A DNA stretch of 32,000 nucleotides, taken from the NCBI RefSeq assembly GCF_000196355.1, contig NC_007614.1, forward strand, positions 1,350,001 through 1,382,000, given 5' to 3'. Position numbers and translations under genes: made by a program. Source of the stretch: Nitrosospira multiformis ATCC 25196 (GTDB lineage: Bacteria; Pseudomonadota; Gammaproteobacteria; Burkholderiales; Nitrosomonadaceae). Below, piece after piece: positions 9,422 to 20,300 of the stretch (its first letter is position 1; the number at the start of each line of letters is the position of its first letter). The notes under the pieces are model-generated. The model did no database searches. It was not told the DNA's origin and saw nothing but the letters and a program-made list of their open reading frames with translations.

Positions 9422-9529
9422 CTCGGCTCCTCTCTTCTACCTCGAAACGGGATTATATTTATATATCCTGTTGAGTAATCATATCTCTGTGACGCTTACC
9501 CTATCAGGAGTAACTCCTGCAAATTGTTA

Positions 9530-10411
9530 TTATCCGTTTATTATATTACCGCCATTGGGATGCAGTACCTGTCCTGACATGTAAGAACAATCCTGAGAGG
9601 CGAGAAAGACATAACAAGGAGCGACTTCATCAGGCTGCCCCGCGCGTTTCATGGGGACGTTCTTTCCAAAATCGCCGACTTTATCCGGAGGAAAAGTGGC
9701 CGGTATCAGCGGTGTCCATATTGGACCGGGAGCAACCGCATTTACATGTATTCCCTGTTCGATCAGCTGGAGAGACAGAGAACGGGTAAACGCGACAATT
9801 GCACCCTTGGTCGCAGAGTAATCAAGCAGGTGAGGACTTCCCTTGTAGGCGGTGACAGAGGTGGTGTTGATGATGCGCGCTCCTTTTTTCAGATGCGGGA
9901 GTACAGCCTTCACCATATGGAACATTGAGAATATGTTCGTGCGGAAAGTTTTCTCGAGTTGGGCCTTATCGATATCGAGAATGCTTTCCTGAACATGCTG
10001 CTCGGCCGAGTTATTTACAAGTATTTCGACATGATGAAAGGTGGAAACCGTTTTTTCCACTATCTCGGCACAGAATTTTTCGTCCCCCACATCACCCGCG
10101 ATTAAAATGCATTTTCTTCCGCACTTCTCGACCTCTTCTTTAGTGCGTTGAGCATCTTCATGCTCGTCGAGATAGGCGATTGCAATGTCTGCTCCTTCCT
10201 TTGCGAAAGCAATGGCGACAGATCGTCCAATACCACTATCTCCTCCGGTAACGATCGCAACTTTTGACTCCAGTTTACCGCTTCCATGATATTCGGCCAT
10301 GCCGGAATCGGGTTGAGGGTGCATTTCAGTCTGCAGCCCGGGTTGACGTGATTGCTGCTGCTTCGGAATGTCACTGCCTTTTTTCTCGTATTTCTCGGTC
10401 TCATTGGTCAT
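9530..10411 (-). CDS. Short-chain dehydrogenase/reductase (YghA / general-stress-protein-39-like)
   Basis: VAIVTGGDSGIGRSVAIAFAKEGADIAIAYL, LVNNSAEQ, catalytic S...DYSATKGA and PGPIWTPL are present. The ORF is open to 10582, but MTNETEKYEKKGSDIPKQQQSRQPG is the family-typical start (10411) and has an SD (gagagag). Confidence 0.88.
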   Translation of the reverse strand: MTNETEKYEKKGSDIPKQQQSRQPGLQTEMHPQPDSGMAEYHGSGKLESKVAIVTGGDSGIGRSVAIAFAKEGADIAIAYLDEHEDAQRTKEEVEKCGRKCILIAGDVGDEKFCAEIVEKTVSTFHHVEILVNNSAEQHVQESILDIDKAQLEKTFRTNIFSMFHMVKAVLPHLKKGARIINTTSVTAYKGSPHLLDYSATKGAIVAFTRSLSLQLIEQGIHVNAVAPGPIWTPLIPATFPPDKVGDFGKNVPMKRAGQPDEVAPCYVFLASQDCSYMSGQVLHPNGGNIING

Positions 10412-10701
10412 GACTCTCTCGCTGATCTGGTTAAGCCCGTATCCGGGTATGTTGTCCACCGATGGGTGGGCGATTCGGGGTTCTTTTCGATAATTTCGAT
10501 AATCTGGTTGATGAGTAACAGACAAGACCAGGTATTGAAGCATTTTCTTGCCATTGCTTGTCATTCCGCAGAAAACAGTCAATTTTCCACGGTTGTGATT
10601 TTTACTCCATTCGCTCGCCCATCAGGATCGGAAAGTGCATTCCCGGTTGGGAAGCGAGTAAAATAAGTAGGAGGGCGGTCATCTCTGAATATTCCTTCCT
10701 A

Positions 10702-12705
10702 TTACTTTGACCGGGACGTCTGGGACGCCGGGGGATGATCCTCATCTTTCTTATCTTTGACTCCAGCCGCGCGCTTCGCTGGCGTTTCCACTGAAGCAAT
10801 CAATGCCCTGCAATTGGCATCTTTGGCCAGTCCGGTTTCAATGGTCGGGATGAGCGCTGCTAGAGGTGTCGCAAGAACTCCCAGTACGACCGCTGCTCCC
10901 GCCCGTATGGCAAGTATCTTGTCGGGAAGGATTGTGGGATCCTTGAAAGTGCCTTCTATGTGAATAGGGGTGCGAAGGCTCAGGATGCTGACATCCTTGG
11001 CTTTGGGAGACAGCTTCATGTCAATCTTTTCTTCAGCCAGGCTTATCTGTCCTTTAGCGACAATTTTGGTATCGGTCGTGTCGATGACGAAAGCTTTGCT
11101 GCTCATGATGCCTTTCTTGATATCAAAGTCGATTACCCCGCACCGCACCGGCACGTTTTTGTCTCCGGCAAACAGGAGCTTGATGATCTGCCCCCCATCA
11201 AGTCCGATCACTTCCAGCAACAGCTTGCTGATCTGGCCGCCGGACATGATCAGGCCAAAGTTTCCATCGGCCGAAGCCAGCAGCGCGCCGACGGACTTGC
11301 CGTGGCTATTAATGTCTATTGCACCGCCGATTACACCTGCACTATTCTTCGTGATTTCGAGCTTAGGAAAGAGCTTTTGCAATTGCAGGCGCTTGACGTC
11401 GACTTTGATTTCTCCCTTGGGCACTTCGGGACGCGTGTTGATTGTGATATTCGAAATGATATTCCCACCCGCCACCGCAAAGTTGACGGGGTTGAGGGTC
11501 AGAAGCCCGTTGTCTATTTTCAAGTGGCTCACGATATGCTTCACCGGCAGTTCCTTGTTGCGGATCGATTCTCCAGTGAACCTTACGTCTGCGTCCATGG
11601 CTTTCAAACGGTCTATCCGGAATTCCTGGTCTGGTAGAAGACGATGCCGCTGTTTCTTCATTGATTCCTTTTTTTCTTTCTTTTCCGCAGGCGTATCCTG
11701 TGGTTGGGGGCCTCGCCGCGCCCCAATAAAACCTTGCAAATCGCTCAGGTCGAGTACTTTGGATACCACGTCGCCTCGAAGGAGCGGCCGCTCGCCTCCC
11801 GTGTCGAATACGATATCCCCGCCAAGATCGCTGTTGCCTACATTTCCGGAAAATCCCTTCATGGACCACTCGGTATCGTGGTGCAAAATCCTTCCGGAAA
11901 TGTGGTACGGGGGGGAGGGGAAAATAACGATGCCGGTTACGGGGTAGAGCGCAGATAAATCCTCTCCGTGTAAGTCCAGCTTCAGATCCACTTCCGCCAT
12001 CTCGGCCAGCCCTTTGATGGTTCCATCCGCGCTTGCGCGCGTTGTTCCCATCTCGGCACTCGCTTTGATCGGATAGGGGATAGTCTTATCCGCAAGCGAC
12101 ATTATCTTGCCGCCTTGCGCTTGCGCGGTGAATTTCAGGTCGGTAAATTTACCTTCCGCTGCCACATGAAGGGGCAATTCTCCGGCGTCCACCGCCGGAT
12201 CCGTGAATACGTCGGCTGCTATATCTGTCTTGGTCTTCGGATCGCGGAAGAGAACTTTTCCCTGATCCAGGGTGAATTGGCCAATTTGAGGCAGTTCCAT
12301 CTTCTTTTTTTCTTCTTTTTTCAGATCCCAGTTTCGCTTTCCATCCATGCTTTTTTCCAGGAGTACCCGGGGCCGCGTGATGGATAGCTCGGGCAACACG
12401 ATATCGCCGGACAGGAGATCCCATAGACTGATGCGCACAGCAACCTTATCCACGGCAACCATGGGTTGTTCGGTCCCCCACTCGGCATTCGCTAGCGAAA
12501 GTCCTTCAACGCTGACGAGGGGATTGAGCGAAAGGTTTACATCGAGATCGCCCCGAATCGTGAATTCACGGCCCGTCCTCTCGGTAACCTGCCGTTCGAT
12601 ATATGGTTTCAGCATATTCCAGTCGAACCACAGGACGAATGCGATGACAAGCAGCAGCAGTGCAACGCCGGAGATCGATAATATTTGCTTGGTACGCACT
12701 CTCAT
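10702..12705 (-). CDS. AsmA family protein
   Basis: N-terminal single TM (ILSISGVALLLLVIAFVLWFDWNMLKPYIERQVTERTGREFTIRGDLDVNLSLNPLVSVEGLSLANAEWG) is typical of AsmA. ORF open to 12768; MRVRTKQILS (12705) is the preferred start. Confidence 0.85.
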   Translation of the reverse strand: MRVRTKQILSISGVALLLLVIAFVLWFDWNMLKPYIERQVTERTGREFTIRGDLDVNLSLNPLVSVEGLSLANAEWGTEQPMVAVDKVAVRISLWDLLSGDIVLPELSITRPRVLLEKSMDGKRNWDLKKEEKKKMELPQIGQFTLDQGKVLFRDPKTKTDIAADVFTDPAVDAGELPLHVAAEGKFTDLKFTAQAQGGKIMSLADKTIPYPIKASAEMGTTRASADGTIKGLAEMAEVDLKLDLHGEDLSALYPVTGIVIFPSPPYHISGRILHHDTEWSMKGFSGNVGNSDLGGDIVFDTGGERPLLRGDVVSKVLDLSDLQGFIGARRGPQPQDTPAEKKEKKESMKKQRHRLLPDQEFRIDRLKAMDADVRFTGESIRNKELPVKHIVSHLKIDNGLLTLNPVNFAVAGGNIISNITINTRPEVPKGEIKVDVKRLQLQKLFPKLEITKNSAGVIGGAIDINSHGKSVGALLASADGNFGLIMSGGQISKLLLEVIGLDGGQIIKLLFAGDKNVPVRCGVIDFDIKKGIMSSKAFVIDTTDTKIVAKGQISLAEEKIDMKLSPKAKDVSILSLRTPIHIEGTFKDPTILPDKILAIRAGAAVVLGVLATPLAALIPTIETGLAKDANCRALIASVETPAKRAAGVKDKKDEDHPPASQTSRSK

Positions 12706-12910
12706 GGCAAAGGCGGGTTTCTGAGCCCAAAGCAGAAGAAGAGGGTCATGATACTTCTGCCCATACAACGGTTCGGTACGTCAGCGCACACTAAGAAGAG
12801 TGCAGGGGGTACCTGCAACCACCTGCAGGTTCGGTTTGTTGGCTGGAAATGGGATAAATGCGATAGAAAAACGCAGCGCTCGGGATGCGGGACGAAGAAA
12901 AGACTGACAG

Positions 12911-13633
12911 TCAGGATTTTTTTACATCGCGAAACAGGCGCTCGAACTCCTTCTTGACGACCTCATAGCATTCACAGACATGTCCCTCCAGTCCCGCACG
13001 GTTGAGGACGGTAATATGTCCCCGGCGGTAGCGAATGATTTCGGCTTGCTGTAACTTGCCGGCGGCCTCGGTAATGCCTTCTCGGCGCACGCCCAGCATA
13101 CTGGCGATGAGCTCCTGAGTCATGACCAGTTCCTGGGAGTTCAGTCGATCGAGCGTCAGCAATAACCAGCGGCACAACTGCTGTTCGATCGTGTGATGTC
13201 GATTGCATACGGCGGTCTGGGAGATCTGTGTTATGAGCGCTTGGGTATAGCGCAGCAATACGCGCTGCAGCGGGCCTCCCTGGTTGAACTCCTGCAGCAG
13301 GAGAGGGCCTTTCAGACGGTAACAGTAGCCAGCTGTCTGAACCGTTGCCCACGTAGGAGTATTCTCGCCGCCCATGAACAACGAAATGCCTAGCAGACCC
13401 TCATTCCCTACGCCGGCAACTTCTGACGATGAACCATTTTCCAGAATATAGTGCAGAGAAATGATGGCCGACGTAGGAAAATAGACGTAGGAAAGGCGCC
13501 CCCCGGATTCGCACAGCACGTCGCCAAGCGGCATATGAACCAGTTCCAGGTGGGGTTTCAGACGTTCGAGTTCTGCCGGGGGCAGAGCGGCTAGAAGGTG
13601 GTTTTGGTTGAACGGTGGCGGGGGATTTTGCAT
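12911..13633 (-). CDS. Crp/Fnr family transcriptional regulator with intact effector and helix-turn-helix domains
   Basis: 240 aa. Cyclic-nucleotide-like domain (VYFPTSAIISLHYILENGSSSEVAGVGNEGLLGISLFMGG) followed by QQLCRWLLLTLDR...MTQELIASMLGVRREGITEAAGKLQQAEIIRYRRGHI (HTH_Crp-like). Confidence 0.88.
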   Translation of the reverse strand: MQNPPPPFNQNHLLAALPPAELERLKPHLELVHMPLGDVLCESGGRLSYVYFPTSAIISLHYILENGSSSEVAGVGNEGLLGISLFMGGENTPTWATVQTAGYCYRLKGPLLLQEFNQGGPLQRVLLRYTQALITQISQTAVCNRHHTIEQQLCRWLLLTLDRLNSQELVMTQELIASMLGVRREGITEAAGKLQQAEIIRYRRGHITVLNRAGLEGHVCECYEVVKKEFERLFRDVKKS

Positions 13634-14324
13634 CCGCTAGTAGGAGAGAAAAAGTCTCATAAAATCGGTTGTAGCCTGGGCACGCTGAAAGAAATGCAGA
13701 TGCATTAAAAGGATCTCACAGGCGAATTTCACAGGTTTACGGCTGCAAGGTACCCGTTCAGACCTATGATAGCATTTCTTTCCAGAGACCCGAGGCGGGC
13801 GACAAGGCTTTGCAGTATCCCATTTTGCCGGCTGCCATATTGTGCGCTAGCGTACATACTACGGATGAGGTATCCGTTTATCATTTTCCTGCCTAGAAAA
13901 ATGCCTGCAAAGACGGCTGTGGCCTGCGTCGAAAAGATGTTTGCATCGTTCAAGCCGGTTTCTTTATACACCGGCCCGATATCCGGAGAGAATTGCAAGA
14001 CAAGAGGACGTGGGACTGGAAATTGTAACGATGTCCCCTGAAATCCTGGTAAAAATTTAATGCGGGACCGCTCCAGCCAGGTAACAGCCCTATGAAGACA
14101 CCCTGTAAAGAAGGTGCCAGACAACACTTCCAGAATCGCTCTTTCCCTTTTCTTTTAACCGTCCAGATTCCGGAAAGAGCTGTCAACTTGAGGTGGGGCA
14201 TGACCTTCCGGTATCCAAAGAAAGGACGGGAGCAGAATGTCATGTGGCTCAACCCCTCGATTCGAAGGGGAGGCAATTTTAATACTTCTGCTGCTGACCG
14301 GACATAGCCTGGAGAATATCCGAA

Positions 14325-17300
14325 TTGAACGTTAAAGGTATTCCTGTTTCCGAGCTTTTGAGGCCGGTTACAGCGCGGCTTCGCAATATCGGAAAGCCGC
14401 GTATTCCACTGAATGAAGAACTCCCCCTGCGATCCGAACTGTTCGGCGCGGATCAGATGGAGCTTTACGGGGGCATACTGGCGGCTTCACACGAGTTATC
14501 ATCGGCGCGCGGCACCGATCAGTTGCTGGCCAGGCTGGATGAGAATGAGGCAACGTTATTCAATATCTGCCGTGTGCTGACCGAGGCAGTCATGGCGGAC
14601 AAGCTGCTCACTCCGGCAGGGGAGTGGCTCTATGACAACTTTTACCTCGTCGAGGAACAGATCCGCATTGCCAAGCGGCACCTTCCCAAAAGCTATAGCC
14701 GCGAATTACCCCTCCTTGCCAAGGGCGCATCCGCCAATCTCCCCCGTGTATACGATATAGCATTGCAGGCCATATCGCACGGGGACGGCAGGGTGGATAC
14801 AGAGAGTCTCAGGCGCTTCGTAACCGCGTACCAGTCCGTCGTCAATCTGCAACTGGGTGAACTATGGGCGATACCGATCATGCTGCGGCTATCGCTGATC
14901 GAAAATCTCCGCCGCGTGGGCGTGCATGTGGCAGCGGGCCGGGCAGACCGCAATCTCGCTGATACCTGGGCTGATGAAATCATCCGGGTGGCGGCAAAAG
15001 ATCCGAAAAGTCTTGTTCTCGTCATTGCAGATATGGCGAGATCGAATCCTCCCATGACAACCCCGTTCATTTCGGAACTGGTGCGCCGATTGCAGGGTCA
15101 GGGACCGACCCTGGTGCTGCCATTGACCTGGATCGAGCAGCGGCTGGCTGAATCAAACCAGACGATCGACCAACTGGTGCAACTGGGAAATCAGCAGCAG
15201 GCTGCCGATCAGGTTTCCATCTCGAACAGCATCAACAGCTTGCGGAGTCTGGGCGCCATAGACTGGCGCGAATTCGTCGAAACCACCAGCGTTGTGGAAC
15301 AGACTCTCCGGGAAGATCCAAGTGGAATCTATGCGGACATGGATTTCGCCAGCCGCGACCACTACCGGCATGTGGTGGAGCGGTTGGCCAAGGTAAGTCC
15401 TCTGTCGGAAGTGGACGTGGCCCGGACAGCGCTTCGCCTGGCGCATAACCCGGCGACAAGTACTGCTGGGGAGAACGTTAAGGAGCATGTCGGATTTTAT
15501 CTGACGGGGGATGGTCTCGCTGATCTTGAGGAAGCGATAAAGGTCCGCTGGTCGCTGCATGAGCAATTCTGGCGCACCGCCCGCAAATACCCGCTCTTCT
15601 GGTATCTCAGTAGCATCGCATTCGTTACGCTGGGTCTGACCAGTGCCCTGCTGGTCGAAGCGCTCGAGGATGGCGCAAATGGATGGTTGTTAGGTCTTGT
15701 TGGCATCCTCGCGCTGCTTGCGATGAGTCAATTGGCTGTTGCCCTGGTCAATTGGGCGAGTCCTTTTCTGGTGAAACCTCATCTGCTGCCGCGCCTGGAT
15801 TTCTCCAGTGGTATTCCCTCCTCGTTTCAAACGCTGGTCGTGGTTCCAACCATGCTTTCGCGGGAATCCGAAGTCGCGGCCTTGGTGGAGGCGCTTGAAG
15901 TCCGGTTTTTGGCAAATCAGGACGAGAATGTCTATTTCGGCTTGCTCACCGACTTCATGGATGCGAATCAGGAAACGCTCCCCGAAGACGATTCCCTATT
16001 GAGAATCGCCCGCACCGGAATCGAGGATCTCAATCGAAAGTATGCGAACCATAGTGCAGGTAACATGATCGGTGGCATGAATGGCGCTCCGGAAGCGTCA
16101 GCGCAGAAACAGGAAACGCGGTTTTTTTTGTTCCATCGCCCTCGCCGCTGGAATCCCCAAGAAGGAGTGTGGATGGGTCATGAGCGCAAGCGCGGAAAAC
16201 TGGCGGACTTGAATGCGCTCCTGCGTGGCGAGGGGAGGGAGGCATTTTCCGTGGTAGTGGGCAATACGGATTTGCTTGTCAATATCAAGTACGTCATCAC
16301 CCTCGATACCGATACCCAATTGCCGCGGGAGATCGTTCATCAATTTGTCGGAGCGATGGCTCACCCCCTGAATCGCCCCCGCCTCAAGAGGACCAGCGGG
16401 AACGCTGTGGTAACGGAAGGCTATGGCATTCTGCAGCCCCGGGTGGCGGTGACGTTATCGAGCACCAACCGGTCCCGGTATGCATGGCTATTTGGCGGTG
16501 AAGCAGGCATCGATCCCTATACCAGGGTCGTTTCGGACGTATATCAGGATTTATTCTACGAAGGCTCCTTTATCGGAAAAGGGATCTACGACGTGGATGC
16601 GTTCGAGCAATCGGTCTGCCGACGTTTTCCAGAGAACAGGATTTTAAGCCATGATCTTCTGGAAGGCTGCTACGCTCGCGCCGGCCTGTTGAGCGATGTA
16701 CAGTTGTATGAGCAATTTCCATCCCGGTACAGTGCGGATGTAAGCCGTCGCCACCGCTGGATACGGGGAGACTGGCAATTGGCGAGCTGGTTGCTTGCCC
16801 GGGTTCCGGGTCCCGGCGGAAGTAATCAGCCAAACCCGTTGTCGATTCTGTCGAGATGGAAGCTGATGGATAACCTCCGGCGCAGTCTTGTGCCGGTAGC
16901 CCTGCTGCTGCTTCTGCTGGTGGGTTGGCTGGCTCTCGACAACGCGTGGTTCTGGACACTGGTGGTAATCGGTACGGTCATTATTCCGAGCGCCATTACC
17001 ATGGCCTCCGATCTGCTGAAAAGACAGGGCGACGCCCCTCTGCGCGCTCACGTCATCACTACGCTACGCACTGGCGGCCGCCATTTCGCACAAAACCTGT
17101 TCGGGCTGGTCTGCCTCCCGTACGAGGCTTATTTCAGCCTCGATGCGATACTGCGCACCCATGTGCGACTCCTCCTTACGCACCGCCGGCTTCTTGAATG
17201 GACTCCTTCCCATCTTGCGGAACGCGAATATGATTCGACGAATAGATGGGGCGGCGTCGGCGCTTCCTTCAGGTCGATGTGGATAGCGCCGGCGACCGCG

Positions 17301-20300
17301 GTAGCAGCAGGCGCAGGAATGATGGTCGTTGCTCCCGTGGCCTTGATTTCGGCCTTGCCCATACTGCTTTTGTGGGGAGCGGCGCCATTTATTGCCTGGT
17401 GGATAAGCCAACCTCTTCCGCTGCGCAGCACCGAGTTAAACAAGGGGCAAATCCACTTTTTACGTCAGACTTCGCGCCGTACGTGGTATTTCTTCGAAAA
17501 TTTCGTCAATTCCGAGAATAACTGGCTGCCGCCTGATAATTTTCAGGAGCACCCGGTACCGACTGTCGCCCACAGGACCTCGCCAACCAACATGGGATTG
17601 GCACTGCTTGCAAATGTGACTGCCTATGACTTCGGCTATATTGGCCCGTTGCAACTCATCGAAAGGACCCGAAATACCCTCGAATCGATGGAAACCCTGG
17701 AACGGCATGCCGGTCATTTTTACAATTGGTACGATACGCAGACAAAAACTCCCCTGACACGATACGTATCGAGCGTGGACAGCGGTAATCTCGCAGGCCA
17801 CCTATTGACATTGCGTGTCGCGTTAATGGCAATAGCAGATAGGCCGATCGTACACGAAGAGTTATTTCAGGCGCTTGCCGACACTCTGCAGATTCTCGAA
17901 AGTACTCCTGGTTCCGAGGCTGCCAGTACACCCTTATCACAATTCGGGAAAGCGCTGAGGCTCGCAAGGGAAAACTCTCCACACGCACCTTTCAGCCTGC
18001 ATGCCGAACTCGATCGACTGACTGCGTTTTCCAGGGAAATCATGCATGAGATCGAGAAAGCACGACGTGCTTCAACCGGACAGGAACCCCTTGAATGGGC
18101 GAGGGCATTAAACCGGCAATGTGAGCTCGCCCTAACCGAACTTGCCCACTTCATGCCGTCTGCAGCACTGGAGGACCGCAACACGCCCGCGGAGATCCCC
18201 TCTTTGCGACAACTTGCCCATCAAGGTGGAGAGGCGGCGCGTGAACATCTGGCTGCTCTCGAACGCCTGGTCTTTCAGGCGGGAGAAATGGCGAAAATGG
18301 AGTATGGCTTCCTGTTCAACCCCGCGCAGCGGCAGCTTGCCATCGGGTACAACGTGGGTGAGCAGCGACGGGACGCCAGCTACTATGACTTGCTGGCCTC
18401 GGAAGCGCGGTTTACCAATTTTGTCGCGATTGCACAGGGCCAGCTGCCGCAGGAAAGCTGGTTTGCGCTGGGACGCATGCTTACAGCTCATGATGGGGAG
18501 ACCGCTCTGCTCTCCTGGAGCGGCTCGATGTTCGAATACCTGATGCCGTTGCTGGTAATGCCCACCTTTGAGAACACGCTTCTTGACCAGACTTGCAAGG
18601 CGGCTGTCAACAGGCAGATTGCCTATGGGCGGGAGCGGGGGGTGCCCTGGGGTATTTCGGAGTCCGGTTACAACGCTGTAGACGTTCAGTTCAATTATCA
18701 GTATCGGGCATTCGGGGTGCCTGGCCTGGGCATCAAGCGCGGCCTGGGAGAAGACCTGGTCATTGCACCTTATGCATCCGCCCTGGCATTGATGATTGCA
18801 CCGGAAGCTGCCTGCCGGAATCTGGAGGAGCTGACCGCTCTGGGGATGATGGGAAAATTCGGCTTTTACGAAGCGTTGGATTATACGCCTTCCCGATTGC
18901 GCCGGGGCGAGACGTACGCGATCGTGCGCTCATTCATGGCTCACCATCAGGGAATGAGCTTTCTTTCGCTTGCATACCTGCTGCTTGACCGGCCCATGCA
19001 GCGGCGGTTCGATTCCGAGCCCATATTCCAGGCAACCATGCTCCTGCTGCAGGAGAGAATTCCCAAAGCCACTGTCATACGTTCTCCCATCGCCGAGCTC
19101 CCCGATGTGCGGGTTATCAAGGAACTTCCGGAAATGCCGATCCGGCTGCTTTCAACCGCCAACACGCCGATTCCGGAGGTGCAGCTTCTCTCCAACGGCC
19201 GGTACCATGTCATGGTGACCAACAGCGGAGCGGGAAGCAGCCGCTGGAAGGATCTGGCCATTACGCGCTGGCGGGAAGATGGAACCTGCGACTACTGGGG
19301 GAATTTCTGTTATTTGCGCGACATTGCAAGCGGTGAGTTCTGGTCGAATACCTATCAGCCTGTGCTGAAAGAGCCAAAGCGCTATGGAGTGGTTTTTTCT
19401 GAAGGAAGGGTCGAGTTCCGCCGACGGGATCTTGATTTCGATACCCATACCGAGATTACCGTATCGCCCGAGGATGATATCGAGCTCCGGCGGGTTCGAA
19501 TCACCAATCGCGCATGGACGCGGCGGGAAATCGAGATCACGTCTTATGCCGAGGTCGTGCTGGCGCCCGCGATTGCCGATGCCCAGGCACCCGCCTTCGG
19601 CAATCTCTTCGTGCAAACGGAAATATTGGCGGACCGGCACGCCATTTTATGCAGCAGGCGTCCTCGTTCCCAAAGCGACCTGGTACCATGGATGTTCCAC
19701 TTGATGACAGTGGACGGGGTCACTCCTGACGCGGCTTCTTATGAAACCAGTCGCATGGCATTCATCGGACGGGGAAACGACGTGTCTGCGCCGGCGGCAA
19801 TGATGGAAGCGGAACCCCTATCCGGCAGTTCGGGTTCAGTGCTCGACCCCGTCGTTGCTATCCGAAAGCGAATGATGCTCGAGCCGGGGGAGTCGGCAAT
19901 CGTGGATATTGTCACGGGTGCGGGAGATTCACGTCACGCGGTCATGCATCTGGTAGAAAAATACCAGGACCAGCATCTGAAAAATCGCGTTTTCGATCTC
20001 GCCTGGACTCATAGCCTCGTTGTCCTGCGCCAACTCAATGCGACTGAAACCGATGCACAGCTTTTTGGGCGAATGGCGGGTTCCATCCTGTATGCAAGTC
20101 CTTATCTGCGCGCCGACGAGGCGCTGCTGAGCAAGAACCGGCAGGGACAATCGGGTTTATGGGGTTATGCCATTTCCGGCGACCTGCCTATTGTATTGCT
20201 GCAGATCACCGATATGGCCAATATCGATCTGGTACGCCAGCTGGTGCAGGCTCATGCCTATTGGCGCGTGAAAGGGATGGCAGTCGATCTGGTCATCTGG

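Noticed and set aside
10960-11947. 225-aa and 325-aa plus-strand ORFs opposite the AsmA gene
   Set aside because: Ser/Pro/Arg-rich shadow translations with no motifs, antisense to a convincing AsmA-family protein.
13729-14127. 132-aa minus-strand ORF in the ndvB upstream region
   Set aside because: No SD, no motif and mixed composition; kept only as part of the unexplained gap.
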